Source: Hydrolagus affinis
Taxonomy: Eukaryota
Length of the DNA: 64,000 nucleotides
Reading direction: 5' to 3'
Assembly: GCA_012026655.1 (NCBI GenBank)
Contig: JAAILG010000203.1
Coordinates: forward strand, 62,001-126,000
How positions within the stretch are numbered: position 1 is the first letter of the stretch; every line of letters starts with the position of its first letter. This document shows, piece by piece, positions 24,380-36,445 of the stretch. The notes beneath the pieces are model-generated. The model was not told the origin of the DNA. It did not search any database and saw only the letters and a program-made list of their open reading frames with translations. Position numbers and translations under genes: made by a program.

Positions 24380-25373
24380 AAATGAAGAGCGTCAACTGTG
24401 CTAAATGGAGCAGAATAAGTGCTTAGCCCAGTTGAACCAATTTGCTGCACTGAATGAGTAGAGCAGAAGTGTGTGTGTATATTTGTATATGCGTGTGTTT
24501 GCATATGTATAGTGCAAAGCGATAAAGTAGGACGGCCACACGTATTCAGCCCCTTTAATAAAAATTGGTCACCTGCAGCTGCTGGGAAATCCAAACAGAC
24601 AACACGCTGGTAACTGCGAGAATCAAAAACAAATAACCTATCAAAAATAATTAAACCCAATGGTTGTTTTTACACTCTCGGTTCACCAAACCCTTGAAGG
24701 AACCTTTCAGATGTGGTTTGCTGTCGGTTTCATCTTCCTAATTTTAAAGCCGGGCGATATAACCGCATCCCCAATGATTGTTCTATTAAAAGGTGATTTG
24801 TATTGGCAGGGGCTTGTCTGTTGGGGAGGGAAGCGTTAAACTGAGGATTTGTCACTTTGACTCTTCCCCATATGGAACACTGATGCTTGTGTGTGTTTGA
24901 GGGGCTGTTGGGACTGTGCCAAGATGAAGAGATGAACCTTTGATTCTCTTCTTTGAGGCTGAATTGAAATCCCCTGGGGCTGCTCCCTCCCTTTCACACA
25001 CCAAATTCCTTTACTACTTTGAGTATGGTTTCCAAGTCCCTCTGCGACTCTAAACACCGTCCCTGCTTGTGTAGTCTGGCTGTGAGGCTGCCTTTGGGTC
25101 TGGCGTCAGCTGTAATTACCTTGGTTGGAGACTTCAATAACATACCTGCACTTAATTAAATCAAAAGTGGCCTTTGTCATGCCTTCACAGAACTCAACTT
25201 AGAATTTCATTTATAATATAGGAGAGGAGTGGGTCCCCACGTTACTTTCACTGCTGTCAGTGTGTCAGATTTTGCTGATAATGTTTAGATTTCAATGTCA
25301 GCTGCTATCAAGCGAGACCTGAGACGCAGATCCAGGTCAGCTTTAATTATTTTCTGAATTCACCCTTCAGGAC
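24380..25373. promoter_or_regulatory. Candidate cluster of conserved non-coding elements
   Basis: About 1 kb with no recognisable repeat. Contains tttaataaaa next to cacctg/cagctg (24554-24581), taatta cores, and three TGTCAG motifs within 25255-25302. Confidence 0.3.
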
Positions 25374-25473
25374 NNNNNNNNNNNNNNNNNNNNNNNNNNN
25401 NNNNNNNNNNNNNNNNNNNNNNNNNNNNNNNNNNNNNNNNNNNNNNNNNNNNNNNNNNNNNNNNNNNNNNNNN
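25374..25473. other. Assembly gap (100 N)
   Basis: A run of exactly 100 N, the usual placeholder for a gap of unknown size. Confidence 0.99.
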
Positions 25474-26145
25474 GAATAAAACACAGTTCACTGTAAATTT
25501 CTGATCCCAAATAACAATCGCAAGCTGAATGTTATGATGCATAATAAGATAACAAAAGCCTCATTGTCTTTGGTAATCATTTCGGAAACGCAGATATATT
25601 CCGAGGCCTGCTCCTCAAATTGCCAGCGACATTTTCATTTCTAACTTCAGGCTGTCTGCTTTCCGGGGAATTTAACACTTCAACGTGTAGAAAATAAAAA
25701 TTATTTATTGCTGAATAAATACATTAAACCCCTGATATTTCGAGTCTGGCTTAACTTACAGCTATTACTTAAGTCATCATATTGCCAATAGACAGACAAC
25801 ATTTATTTATGTCTTCATACATAAATAACTTGCTTGCGAGTTTTCTTTACACTAAAACAACTTGCTTTGCTGTAAAGCTGGGAATCTGAAACTTAAAGCA
25901 AAACAAACGGCAAAGCATCCATTTATTTTTGAACCCTTTTGGCATCACTCTCAGAACTGGGGGATGCCAGACAGCATTATCATTGCAGTTATCAACAAGA
26001 TGAAGGATGGAGCAAGTGATATCACCAAGGACCTGCATACATAAGGCCCAATACAGTAAACTTTAAAGGTTGGGGACACATCAAGGCAATACTGTTTAAA
26101 GTAGTATGAAGGAACTTGAGCAGAAAAAAAAACAAATTGTCACAG

Positions 26146-26211
26146 AACAACAACAAAATTACATTTATAGAGCGCCTTTCACATTGGGAGGACGTCCCAA
26201 GGCGCTGAACA
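26146..26211 (-). mobile_element. Ultra-short L2 3' end
   Basis: aacaacaacaaaattacatttatagagcgcctttcacattgggaggacgtcccaaggcgctg. Confidence 0.9.
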
Positions 26212-27293
26212 TTCTGACAGAACATGTCAGATTGCAAGCAGGCGCCAAAAGAAAACAGAAATCAAAAATGTCAACCCCTGTAAAGAGGTTTTGTATCTGG
26301 AACTGTTGTTTGACCATTTGGCAATTCAAAAGTTTCTACATGCATTTTATATTGAATTTCCATCCCACAGAAGGATGGTGTCGATAATTTGCTGCCACTG
26401 AGCTACAGTATATTTTGTTACTTTATAAGAACTCGCATTTTTCTTTTACACGCTTTGCCAACCAACAGATATTGAAGTTAAGTCAGTCAAGAAAGCACTG
26501 ATGTAAAGCTGTTTGCGTTGAAGCAATATGGCTACACATCATGCGCAATACTTAAAAACAAGCTCAAGTTTGTGCTTTTGATTGCAGGGGAGCTTTGTGA
26601 TATTCTAGAACCATATAGTACTTAACATAGGAATGCTTGATAAAGATAAACATCTAGAGATTAGCATCAGATGCAGTTCAGATAGTTTGAAGTTGAATTC
26701 TCATCGGAACCTAGGATTTTCTTGATTGGTTCAGACGTCAACTGAAGTTAAAGTTTACATCATTTGAAACTAGGAGTATTCATCTTAGACCATCGAAAGG
26801 TCAAATCCTGAAAGCTATTGTGCTCGATATTGTCATCAAAATGAACAAATCTTTCAGTTTCCCTCAGTCCCCATCTTGTGGAACCAGAGTAAGGTAACCA
26901 AATCATTTTTTTTTAAGAGAGTAACAGGCCTGACGATTTTATCATGGAATTTTACACTGTTTGTACGACATAGAACGACAGAGAACAAGACAGCACGAAA
27001 GCAGGCCGCTGGTACTTGTGTTCATTCACCCCCTCCTTACCACCTCTCTCATACCCTTGAAAGACTAATGCAAAATCAGTTGCATTTTTTTTGTCATAGT
27101 GAGATGATCTAGCTCAATGACACTGTGGCCAATTGTAATGCCATGAGGAAAGTTGAATGTTACTAAGATAAGGATTGGGGCTGTGACGTATTGTAGCATT
27201 TTGTCATTCGAAGTGCGTCACATTGAAGGGGCTAAACTTCGAAGCGAATACTTCACCGAAGGAATTTAACCTGAATATCTGAAATAATATTTG

Positions 27294-27403
27294 TAATAAT
27301 AATCCTTGCATTTCTTATAGCGCTTTTCACATCTTATCGACATCTCAAAGTGCTTCACAGAATATATCTGCAAAGTGAATTGACTGTATATTTGTGGGTG
27401 AAA
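27294..27403 (-). mobile_element. SINE 3' fragment
   Basis: taataataatccttgcatttc...gactgtatatttgtgggtgaaa. Confidence 0.9.
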
Positions 27404-27887
27404 TAACAATAATATGCACTGCATATTAGGAACTTCATAATAAAGGAGTTCCTTAGGAAACTCCTTTGTCATTAACAATAAGGGATCTGTATTGAAGACA
27501 TGATCCACAGGGGAAAAAAAACTCAACACACATCAAAACACTACCCACATAAAGCAGGCAAACAAATTTCACCTCCAAGAACCGATATATTTTAAGATGG
27601 CATTGATTTTAACAACCAAACAAATGCCAGTAATTTTGCACCTAAAAACCTACCTGATGGAATGCGCTTACAACCTCCGCCCCCTTCTTCCTTGCTTGGT
27701 GTCCCACCACGTTCTTGCAAAGTACTCCAAGACTTTACCCTACATGTAAGAGCAAAGTTGTTGCTGTTTCTTTTCCTTAGTCAATGCTTCTGTCATGGTT
27801 GACAAGCTCAAATCCCCATGTTGATCCATTGAGCTATACAAATATAATTTTGTTGTCGTTGTTGTTGTGGTTGATCTTACAAGTGTA

Positions 27888-27941
27888 ATGAGGGAGCACT
27901 GCATTGTCAGAGGTACAGGCCTTCTTATGAGACGTCAAACC
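27888..27941 (+). mobile_element. Deu-domain SINE fragment
   Basis: tgagggagcactgcattgtcagaggtacaggccttcttatgagacgtcaaacc resembles the recalled DeuSINE segment gagggagtgctgcactgtcggaggtgccgtctttcggatgagacgttaaacc. Confidence 0.6.
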
Positions 27942-28071
27942 ATTAAACATTTGGGTAAATCTGTGGACAATGACGTGAAAATGGTTCTGTCAATCCAATA
28001 TCTCAACATTAATGAAATGAAAACTGCGGAACTGTAGCACAAGTTTAAAAATAAGCCAGACAATTGTTTTA

Positions 28072-28428
28072 TTCAGGTTCTGGTTTGTGCCTTGAGTGAA
28101 TTTGAATGGTTAAACGGGCGTCATGTACTTCAGAATAATTGACAAACTTTACTATATTACCAGCAATACAGCGAGTCCTCGGGATGAAAATGACGCACGT
28201 TAATGAACTCTTCTCTTTGGCTTGCTGAATGAGCACTTTTTTTTAGAAACACAATAGAGTTCACTGCTACTTGGACCAAGTTTTGCATGAAATGTAAAGA
28301 GAATTAGCCAAATTGGTAAGGCTTAGTATCGTGGCTCATTTAACCATTTCAATTCAGCAATTTATTCCCACCCTCCCACCCCACCACCAAAAAAAACACT
28401 CAGTGAACAAAAAATATATTTCACCTGA
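28072..28428. mobile_element. Probable ancient fold-back (MITE-like) element
   Basis: Degenerate long inverted repeat: tgaatttgaatggttaaacgggc (28097) vs gctcatttaaccatttcaattca (28334), 19/23; inner tgaactct/agagttca; outer ttcaggt/acctgaa. Confidence 0.5.
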
Positions 28429-30844
28429 AGCCAAATTTTGATCACATTTAATGCTGATCTTTGGAAACTGGCCGTCATATCATGTCTTCTGAGGAGCAAT
28501 ATTTACGCATAGGTTGGTCGGTCTGTCTCTTTATCCCTGCACCACCCAAACAGTTGTCTCTAAATTCTCGCACATGATTTGCACAGTGATTCTCACAAGT
28601 GGTATGGCTTTACTAATGCACTCGTCGAGTTATAACATGTTTTGCCCTGTCACGAATAGAGAGGATCTCAGCTGGTCTGGTATTGACACATTCCCTTATT
28701 CCTATCGCAGAGTACAGAGGCATGAAGGAGCACCCATGGGATGATTTTCGGCAATCCAGTTCCACGATGGTATCAGTTGGGGTGGTCCTCAAAAAGATGC
28801 AGGAAAGGAGTGAGCAAGCCTGTTGGTCATTACCACTTGGTGGGAGGTTTGTTTCTATTCATTTTATTTTGGTGCTGCTTTCTAATTAAAGACATATGTT
28901 CTGGCTTGATTTTATTAAGTAGGTGGTGGGAGGCGGTTTAATTTTTTACTTTGTGTCAGCTAAGCTCGAATGGTGTGAGTGCGGTTTGTTTGCAATAGTG
29001 ATGCCACAGAAAACTCAACAACACTTACTAGGTGGTAGTTTCTATGGTTACAAGTTGGCACTCGCTGGTGCTGTGAAAAAGCACAACTGTTGGTGGCCTC
29101 TGGGAAAATGCTTTCAATCAGTTTCTTGCTTCATCTACATGGAATAAATTCCGTATTCCAAGTAAGGGAGGTGACAATTTTTTGCACGTTATGTTACTGG
29201 CCACATGTGTTGCATTGAGTGAAATGCTCTGCTTGAGAGAGAAAGAGAGAGAGAGACTTGGGTAGCACATTGCCATTATGCCTTTTGAAACATAGCCTTG
29301 GTTCCAGTTCAGACTGATGGGAAGAAAAGTCTTTTCTATAAGACTCCTGTGAATCATCTTAGCCGAAATCCATTTTGAACAGTTTCAATCTAGTTAATAA
29401 TGTAAGGTGGGGTTACAGCACAGTACTTCCCAATATTCAACAGTATTTGGCACTGCATTAGCTATCTAGAAAGAGTCCATTAAGATGACTGCTGGAAACT
29501 GGAAATGCCAAACTAGAGCAATAAAGGTGCTCTTTGGAGGTTGGGGCTAAGGGAGGTTGTTGAGACATGACTCAACAGAACTTTATTCTAATTAGCTAAC
29601 ACCAGCATGCTTCACTTTGATGAGAATAAGACAACAATTTCCCTCCTGCCCCAATGTTTTTTTACAAAATGTTCAAGGTTAAATCTGAATTTGCCCTTGC
29701 ACAAACATGACCATTTATAGTATTGGGACATAGAATTAGACTGTGTATGTGAACGAGAGCTTTTTGCCCAATCTACAGCGTTGGGTTTGGGAGTAGACCA
29801 ACAGCAGCAATTAAGATTCACGTAATGTATTTGCGGCCGGATGAAGAACACACGTCTCACAGCTGGTGGGAATGCTTCTGAGGTAACTAGGTTTTTTTTC
29901 TTTTTTGGAAACCCAAGGTGACAACACTAGTACACCCAGATTTCACGCAAAGCACAAATGCCTGTGAATGTGCTACAAGCCCTTTCCAATGACCATGTGG
30001 GGTCCTCGGAATTCAGCAGTGACAAAATTGCTTCAACATGTGCTTTTAGCTTTTGTAAAAAAAACAACATTGTTCATGGGATTCGGGGGGAAAAAAATCT
30101 ATCCCAATGCCTGGAATTTCATTATGAGCAATGTCATGAGTATTTCCAAATTCAGTCCTGGGATTAGATTATCTATAAATGTGCTATTTGTGCTCAGGTT
30201 TGGAGACACTGGCCGTGGTGTTTACACATATTTTCTCTAATTTCCACTTTTGCTTTAGATGCCAACTCGATGATAAAATATCATGTGCCAGTTTTTGCAG
30301 CTGGATTGTATAACTGCGCATCTGATAGCTCTACGCAGCGCACGGCCAAACTCCTCACCACTAAAGATTGTGCCTCATGTAACATCGTTCATTATCCAAA
30401 GCAGTACTTGCGATGAATACATCTTAGTGTCTGAGCCTAGAGCCAAAACATTTTTAAGGCTGCAAATGAAAATCAGGTGGCTTTGACTCTGAAATCTCAA
30501 ATTAGTCAAGCTTATGCTTCAAAGCGAGGCTGTGAACATCATTGTCTTTACAGAATATCATTCATCTTCGGTCATTTTTCATTCTGATGGAGTTTGCTTG
30601 CATGTGTTTTTTCTTTATCCCTTGATGTCCAGGCTTTGTCATGTGATTTGCAGGTACATGTACCAGCAATGCACTTAACAGACTTATGATGACTATTTTA
30701 CAGAGCGAATCCTCACTCTGGTTGTTTCACTGTTATAAAAAGGAAGTTACTCGGTTTATTTGATGAAAACGGATTTGAGACCAACAAAGTATCATATATC
30801 CCCACTGGCCCAATTTTTTTTGCGAATCTGTTCTGCTGTTCATC

Positions 30845-30892
30845 ATGTGAAAGACGCTATACAAATGTAATTTTTGTTGTTGTTGTTGTTGT
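30845..30892 (+). mobile_element. Ultra-short L2 3' end
   Basis: atgtgaaagacgctatacaaatgtaatttttgttgttgttgttgttgt. Confidence 0.8.
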
Positions 30893-31520
30893 AGAATTAT
30901 CATTATGAATATATTTAACACACTGTATTTGCAGTTCTGGTTCAAAAGCAAATCATGATATTGGGATCTTTTTATTTGATTTAATTCCAAAGTTGTTTGT
31001 TACACCATCATTTTCCTTTATTTATTCCCCTTTCTGTTTAAATGACTAGGGTCATATATTTTGCGCCCCCCCACCATCTACTAATGAGAATAAGTTGATT
31101 TCTGTGACCTTCATGATTTGGAACATTAAGGGCAGAAATCTTCCTTGTTAATCTCTGACCCCTTTATAATGCTTCTTTGCCTTTTTGAGGGAAAGGTGAC
31201 CAAATTGAACACAATACTACAAATCAAGTTGGGGCAGAATTCAATTCAGGGTTGGAATATCTTCTTTATTATTGTAATCATTTATTTGATTCGCTTTTGT
31301 GATGGGAGCTCTGTATTCTCTGGAAATCTTCAGTGAATAATTAATATGTACAATCAAACCATTTCCTTTTCACCTATTTTGTACAGATTGACTAGGAATT
31401 CATATCGCCCCTGTACTATTGAGCGTTTTTTGCTGATTTTAGGCCAAAGTCTTGCTCCATTCTGAATATTGGGACAAATCTTCTCATCCTCAGGTTCAAT
31501 GCTTTGGGAACTCCTCACAA

Positions 31521-31586
31521 AAACAACAACAAATTGCATCTCTACAGCACCCTTTCACGCAAGGTAGCATCTCGTAGCGCTTGGAC
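31521..31586 (-). mobile_element. Ultra-short L2-type 3' end
   Basis: aaacaacaacaaattgcatctctacagcaccctttcacgc...gcatctcgtagcgcttggac. Confidence 0.65.
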
Positions 31587-33649
31587 GTGTTCTGAAAAAA
31601 TAAGCAGCAGAGCAAATTTCCAGTCTTATTTTCTTATGGATCCTTGAGTTTGTGCATCGCACGTGGTTACACTTGCTTGCAGACATTGGAATTATTTGAG
31701 TTTCTCCACAACACAACACTTATAACCAGAAATTGTTTGCCATTTGAAACGCGTTGCTACTCACTGTAAAACACTACAAATACCTTCCAAGCCACTGAAA
31801 AGAAACAATACAAAATGCCTGCATCTTTGTATAGTGCCAGTGAGCGTTCTAGAGAAAGTCCACTGTACAATGAAACACCCTTCTAAAATACTTTATTTTT
31901 CATCACAAACTGCAGATGTCTGACATTTGCAAAAGAACCCCAAGGGTAGTTAACCGTCTCAAATGCTGTATTGTTCAAACTAAGTAACTGTATTTCTGTT
32001 TTATGCAATTTGCTATGTACTGTTTTTGAGAAATTATGCCAAGTCCAATTGATATGGGAATTACAGGACAGATACAGCATGATGATTTTCCTTTGATATT
32101 GAGGAATCAACGACAGTGCAAATCTGAACCATTCTATTCATTACAGTGAAATCTTTGTGCCCTTATGTGGTGCATCCACCACAAGAACTAGACAACTTTC
32201 TTTTGGGCATTGTGAGGTTGGAATTTACTGCTGCGGTGAATAAATAGCCACTCGCTTACATGTTATGCAGCTCGACAGGTAGTAAAAGCATTAGCTCTAT
32301 GGTTGTATCTATTTGAGCTATAAATTTAGGGGAAATCTGTGCCTAGTTATCTGATTTTAGCTGGGTCATCAGTACATGTGTCAGAATTGGCCTCATCGGA
32401 CTGGGACAATGAAGGGGAAATCACCCAGAGTCCTACTCCTGCTCATTACTCAGCAACCATTGCTGAAAATGCAGACTAATCTCACAAGATTGTGTTTGGC
32501 TTTGACTCCCCGCCCACGGTTGAATTGCCTGCTGATGCTCGCTGCAGAGGCCGAAAGATGAATAGAGGCCACTTGGACGAGGTACAGAGGAAAGGCTGTG
32601 AACAATATGCCAGTAGAAAAACCAAAGGAGTCGAAATGGCTTCAGGAAAGATAGATCGTTAAAGTGGAAGGTAATTTTCTAATCAGAACATCAGACTCTG
32701 TTAATCTTATTGATGGTAATAGCACATAATGTGGACAGGTGTTGAAGGCAAGCTTTGGCAAAGCTCTATTTAGATTAGTTCATGACTGTGGCAGGAGATA
32801 TACTTGCTCGTGAACTCTAACAATCCAATCTGGAGCTAGAGGTAAGATGCCGATTGTAAAACGTTCCATTTTAGGAGCTTAACTCACACGTGATGAGTTC
32901 AATGAATTACGGTGGGAAAATATCATTTTGGGTGTTTGAACATGTCAGAGTGAAAAGTACCAGCTGCTTTCATTTCACTATTTAAAATGGTTGCTACATA
33001 AATAGGGCCAAATGAATTTCATTCTGACAGGGAAGTGACTTTAAAGGGCAATGACTTAAGAAACCCAATAATCATTTTTCTGTTAATGAGAACTTTCAGA
33101 GGTGGCACAGAGGATAAAAGGCTGATTTCCCCCCCCCACCCCCCCACACACACACCTTGCAAATTCAGGTTGAATTAGAATCTTTGAATTCTTTATGATA
33201 TCGGTACAATGAGTTGCAGTTTTCCCCTGAAATCACATTTCATCCCTGGTTTGCTTTGGCTTCAGCCTTATTTCACAGCTCATTCATCATTTTGTACAAC
33301 ATCTTGGGGCTCTACTGAAATATAAATGACTTTGGTTTCCTGATCTACAACCTTATACAATCATTTCCATCGTTGGCCCCTACTTATGTTGCTCCTGGAG
33401 TGTGTATTAGTATAGCCTTAAGCGCCCCAGTCTCTTATTTTCCCTCTTGGAAGAAATAAAAGTCTCCTCTCCAACTGCAGTGAAAGCTTGACTGATATTG
33501 TAATGGACCCCATGCTTAAGCCAAGTATTGTCTTTGTGGGTGTTGACAGCAGAATAAAGAGAGAGAGAGAGAGAAGAAACATCAAGAGTGTCTTTGTGGA
33601 AAGACGCAAGATGCAGATAGAATGTTCACTTTGCAAAGATAATAACACA

Positions 33650-33960
33650 GTATTAATCTTTGTATTTGATACAGTGCTTTATCACGTTGAAACATCGCAA
33701 GGTATTTTACAGTTTTTTTGTCTGTAAAATGGAGTGACTGTACACTTTTTGTGTACCAAAATTTGTAACCAAAGCACAGTTTAACATGTGAACAACAATG
33801 TCCCAGAAGCGTCATAAAGTGGATGACCAGAAGTTGTTGTCTGAGGGACTGTTACCCAGACACAAGGAGATACTCCCTTCTCTTTTCAAATAGTGCCGCG
33901 GGATATTTAACATCCCCCTGAAAAGGCAGACAGGATCTGAAGGATGACAACATTGACAGA
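33650..33960 (-). mobile_element. Old Deu-domain SINE (SacSINE1/AmnSINE1-like)
   Basis: An antisense L2 tail is followed by ctcccttctcttttcaaatagtgccgcgggatatttaacatccccctgaaaaggcagacagg, which matches the recalled Deu core (reverse complement of ...GATCCCATGGCACTATTTGAAGAAGAGCAGGGGAG...). Confidence 0.7.
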
Positions 33961-34402
33961 GTTTCAGAGAGATGGATATAGCAGAGATCCCATATAATGC
34001 GGCAGGCAGTTAAAGCAAGGCTAGATCTATCTAAAGGGCGAGCCGGCTTGACAGGTTCTGAGAAATAGATGCGCAGGATTGTGACCTGTGTCTGAGGGAT
34101 AATTGATTTTATATCTGGAGAAAAAGCCTCATCAAATTTATGGAAGTGGTAACATTGGGAAAGGTCAAGCTAGGATGAGAAGAGTGTGGCAGGATGAGAG
34201 AATGAATTACTTTCAGGGAGGATTTTTGTGCAGTGTAGCCTGATGATAATCATTTGAGTTTGTTGTGTCTTCCATTGAAACATGAGCCCTCCACGTCTGT
34301 TGGACGTCAACCAGCTGATTCAGGGAAAGAAAACAGTTGTAGCAGTGAGAATCCAGCCAAATGATAATTACATTGATCTGGGATGGATCAGGGCTCAGAA
34401 CT

Positions 34403-34718
34403 GGAGTCCTGTAGCTAACCGGTTAGAGCACTCGCCTTACAAGTGAGAGACCTGGGTTCAATTCCAGGCAGGGCAAAACCTTGGGAAAGTTTCCTTACTC
34501 CACATGCCTAATGATAATCCTTCCCCCAAAAATACAATAATAAGTTGGTCTTTTCAATCCATGTCTGTTTGTGGGACACTGCTGTACACAATTAGCTGCT
34601 GTTTTTTGCCCAAATATATACAATCAATTCACTTTACAGTATAATCTGTGATGCACTTTGAGACGTGTAGAATACGAGAAAAGCACTACATCAAATGCAA
34701 GGATTATGATTATTATTA
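34403..34718 (+). mobile_element. Full-length tRNA-derived SINE
   Basis: Head ggagtcctgtagctaaccggttagagcactcgccttacaagtgagagacctgggttcaattcc, body, tail and (tta)n. Confidence 0.95.
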
Positions 34719-36081
34719 GAGGTGTACTCTAACTCGCAGCATAACCCAAATCGCTCTGTGTGCTGAAATGCGAGTAGCGGATCGGATTCCTGTTATAGCA
34801 AAACATATTTACTTTATGCTTTCCTTCTATTGCAAATATATGCAGCCTCCAATTCACCTGTTTGTATTGGTGTGTTTCATTGGCACACTGTACCACAAAG
34901 GAGATGTCCACATTTAAACCAGATACATATTAATTTTTTTGAGGTGGCTTGTCTGTATTTATCACTTCGGCACTCAAATACATCTTACTCCAATGGGTCA
35001 AATTCAAACTCTTAATGGGTCAGCTATCAAAAGGACTTTGTGACTATTTCTTATTATAATGTTAAATTGTTTCTGTTGCCTTTTCATCTGAAGAAGACAA
35101 TATGCTTTGACTTTACTGTGTTGCTTATAAAGTCATTTCCTTCCTGACACCAACATGACATTCTAGTGTGTTATACAGATGTCATTTTGTTGTTGTTGTT
35201 ATTGAAAAGATATAGTGAAGGATAAATATCTAGCAGGCAAACAACATCACATCTAACATCATATTGTGGTATAGAATAAGATAAATGGTCACCAAATAAG
35301 TTCTCATTCGACAGAATATATTTACTAAGATTGGGTAATGTGTCTACTGTGGCAAATAACAGAAGCATTATCTGCTGATAAGATCCCATTTCCTGCGTTG
35401 TGAATGTCCTATAATTCTATCATGTTTGATAACATGAATCCATTTATTATCATTATATTCAAGCCGCATTAACTGGAAGTACCCACGTATCCAAACTGTA
35501 CTTTCTAAAACTTGAGTGTGGCGATAGAGCTGAACAGCCTGTAATAGCTGGCAGATGATTCTTGTAATCTCTGATGAAAGAAAAGACAAATGTCAGTCGT
35601 GCTATTTTGGGAATCTCAAAGCATCTGTAGATAATGGGAGATTACCTTCCCCTGTCAGCAATGGTAAGGGGCAGTTATTAATTACAAAGCCACAGACAGC
35701 TGGGTGATATTATTCACACAAATTAGTTCCTTCAGTAGTTGTGCAGATGAAAAGTTTCGATCAAATCAAAGGTCCAGCCAACCAACAGTCCTGATACCCT
35801 CCCGGATTTTATTTTTAAATTGCCTTATTTTTCTTTTAAGATTTTTCGCCCAGCCCTTTAAAGTCTCTCGCTTCGCTCACCATCCACAACGAGAGGGTGA
35901 GATGGCTGTTGATGATTTGCCAATGCTGTTCTTCATCTGGTCACTAGGAGGCGGACAGCAGCAGGCAAGCATGCCTTGCCCTTGACTCTCATTGGCAAGA
36001 ACAGCTCACATTGCAAATTTGTCTGAGAATGCGACAGACTAGATCTGCCAACACATATTCCTACCGCTTGCTTTCAAAATA

Positions 36082-36176
36082 GAGTCACTACAATTCACAG
36101 TAAATCCTGAAATGCTTTGAGCCATCCACCCAACGTGAAAGGGAGCATATCAAATGCAAGGATTATTATTATTATT
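36082..36176 (+). mobile_element. Older SINE/L2-type 3' tail
   Basis: agtcactacaattcacagtaaatcctgaaatgctttgag...cgtgaaagggagcatatcaaatgcaaggattattattattatt. Confidence 0.75.
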
Positions 36177-36388
36177 CTACTATTACTCCAAGTTACAGCG
36201 CAACTCATCACATCACCAATGCACTGAACCATTCTGTTGACAACTTAATTATAAAGAGAAATTGTCATATAAAGAGATCAGCAATGAGCAAACTCAAAAT
36301 GCTGTGAATGTATCCAATCAATTTATACTTCTACCAACTACCCTGATGTGTCTGGATGCTGCTGGTCGGGAAGACTTTTTTTTAGCTG

Positions 36389-36445
36389 CAACAACAACAA
36401 AATGACACTTGTATAGCGCCTTTCACGTCAGCAGGATGTCCCAAG
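36389..36445 (-). mobile_element. Ultra-short L2 3' end
   Basis: caacaacaacaaaatgacacttgtatagcgcctttcacgtcagcaggatgtcccaag. Confidence 0.88.
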
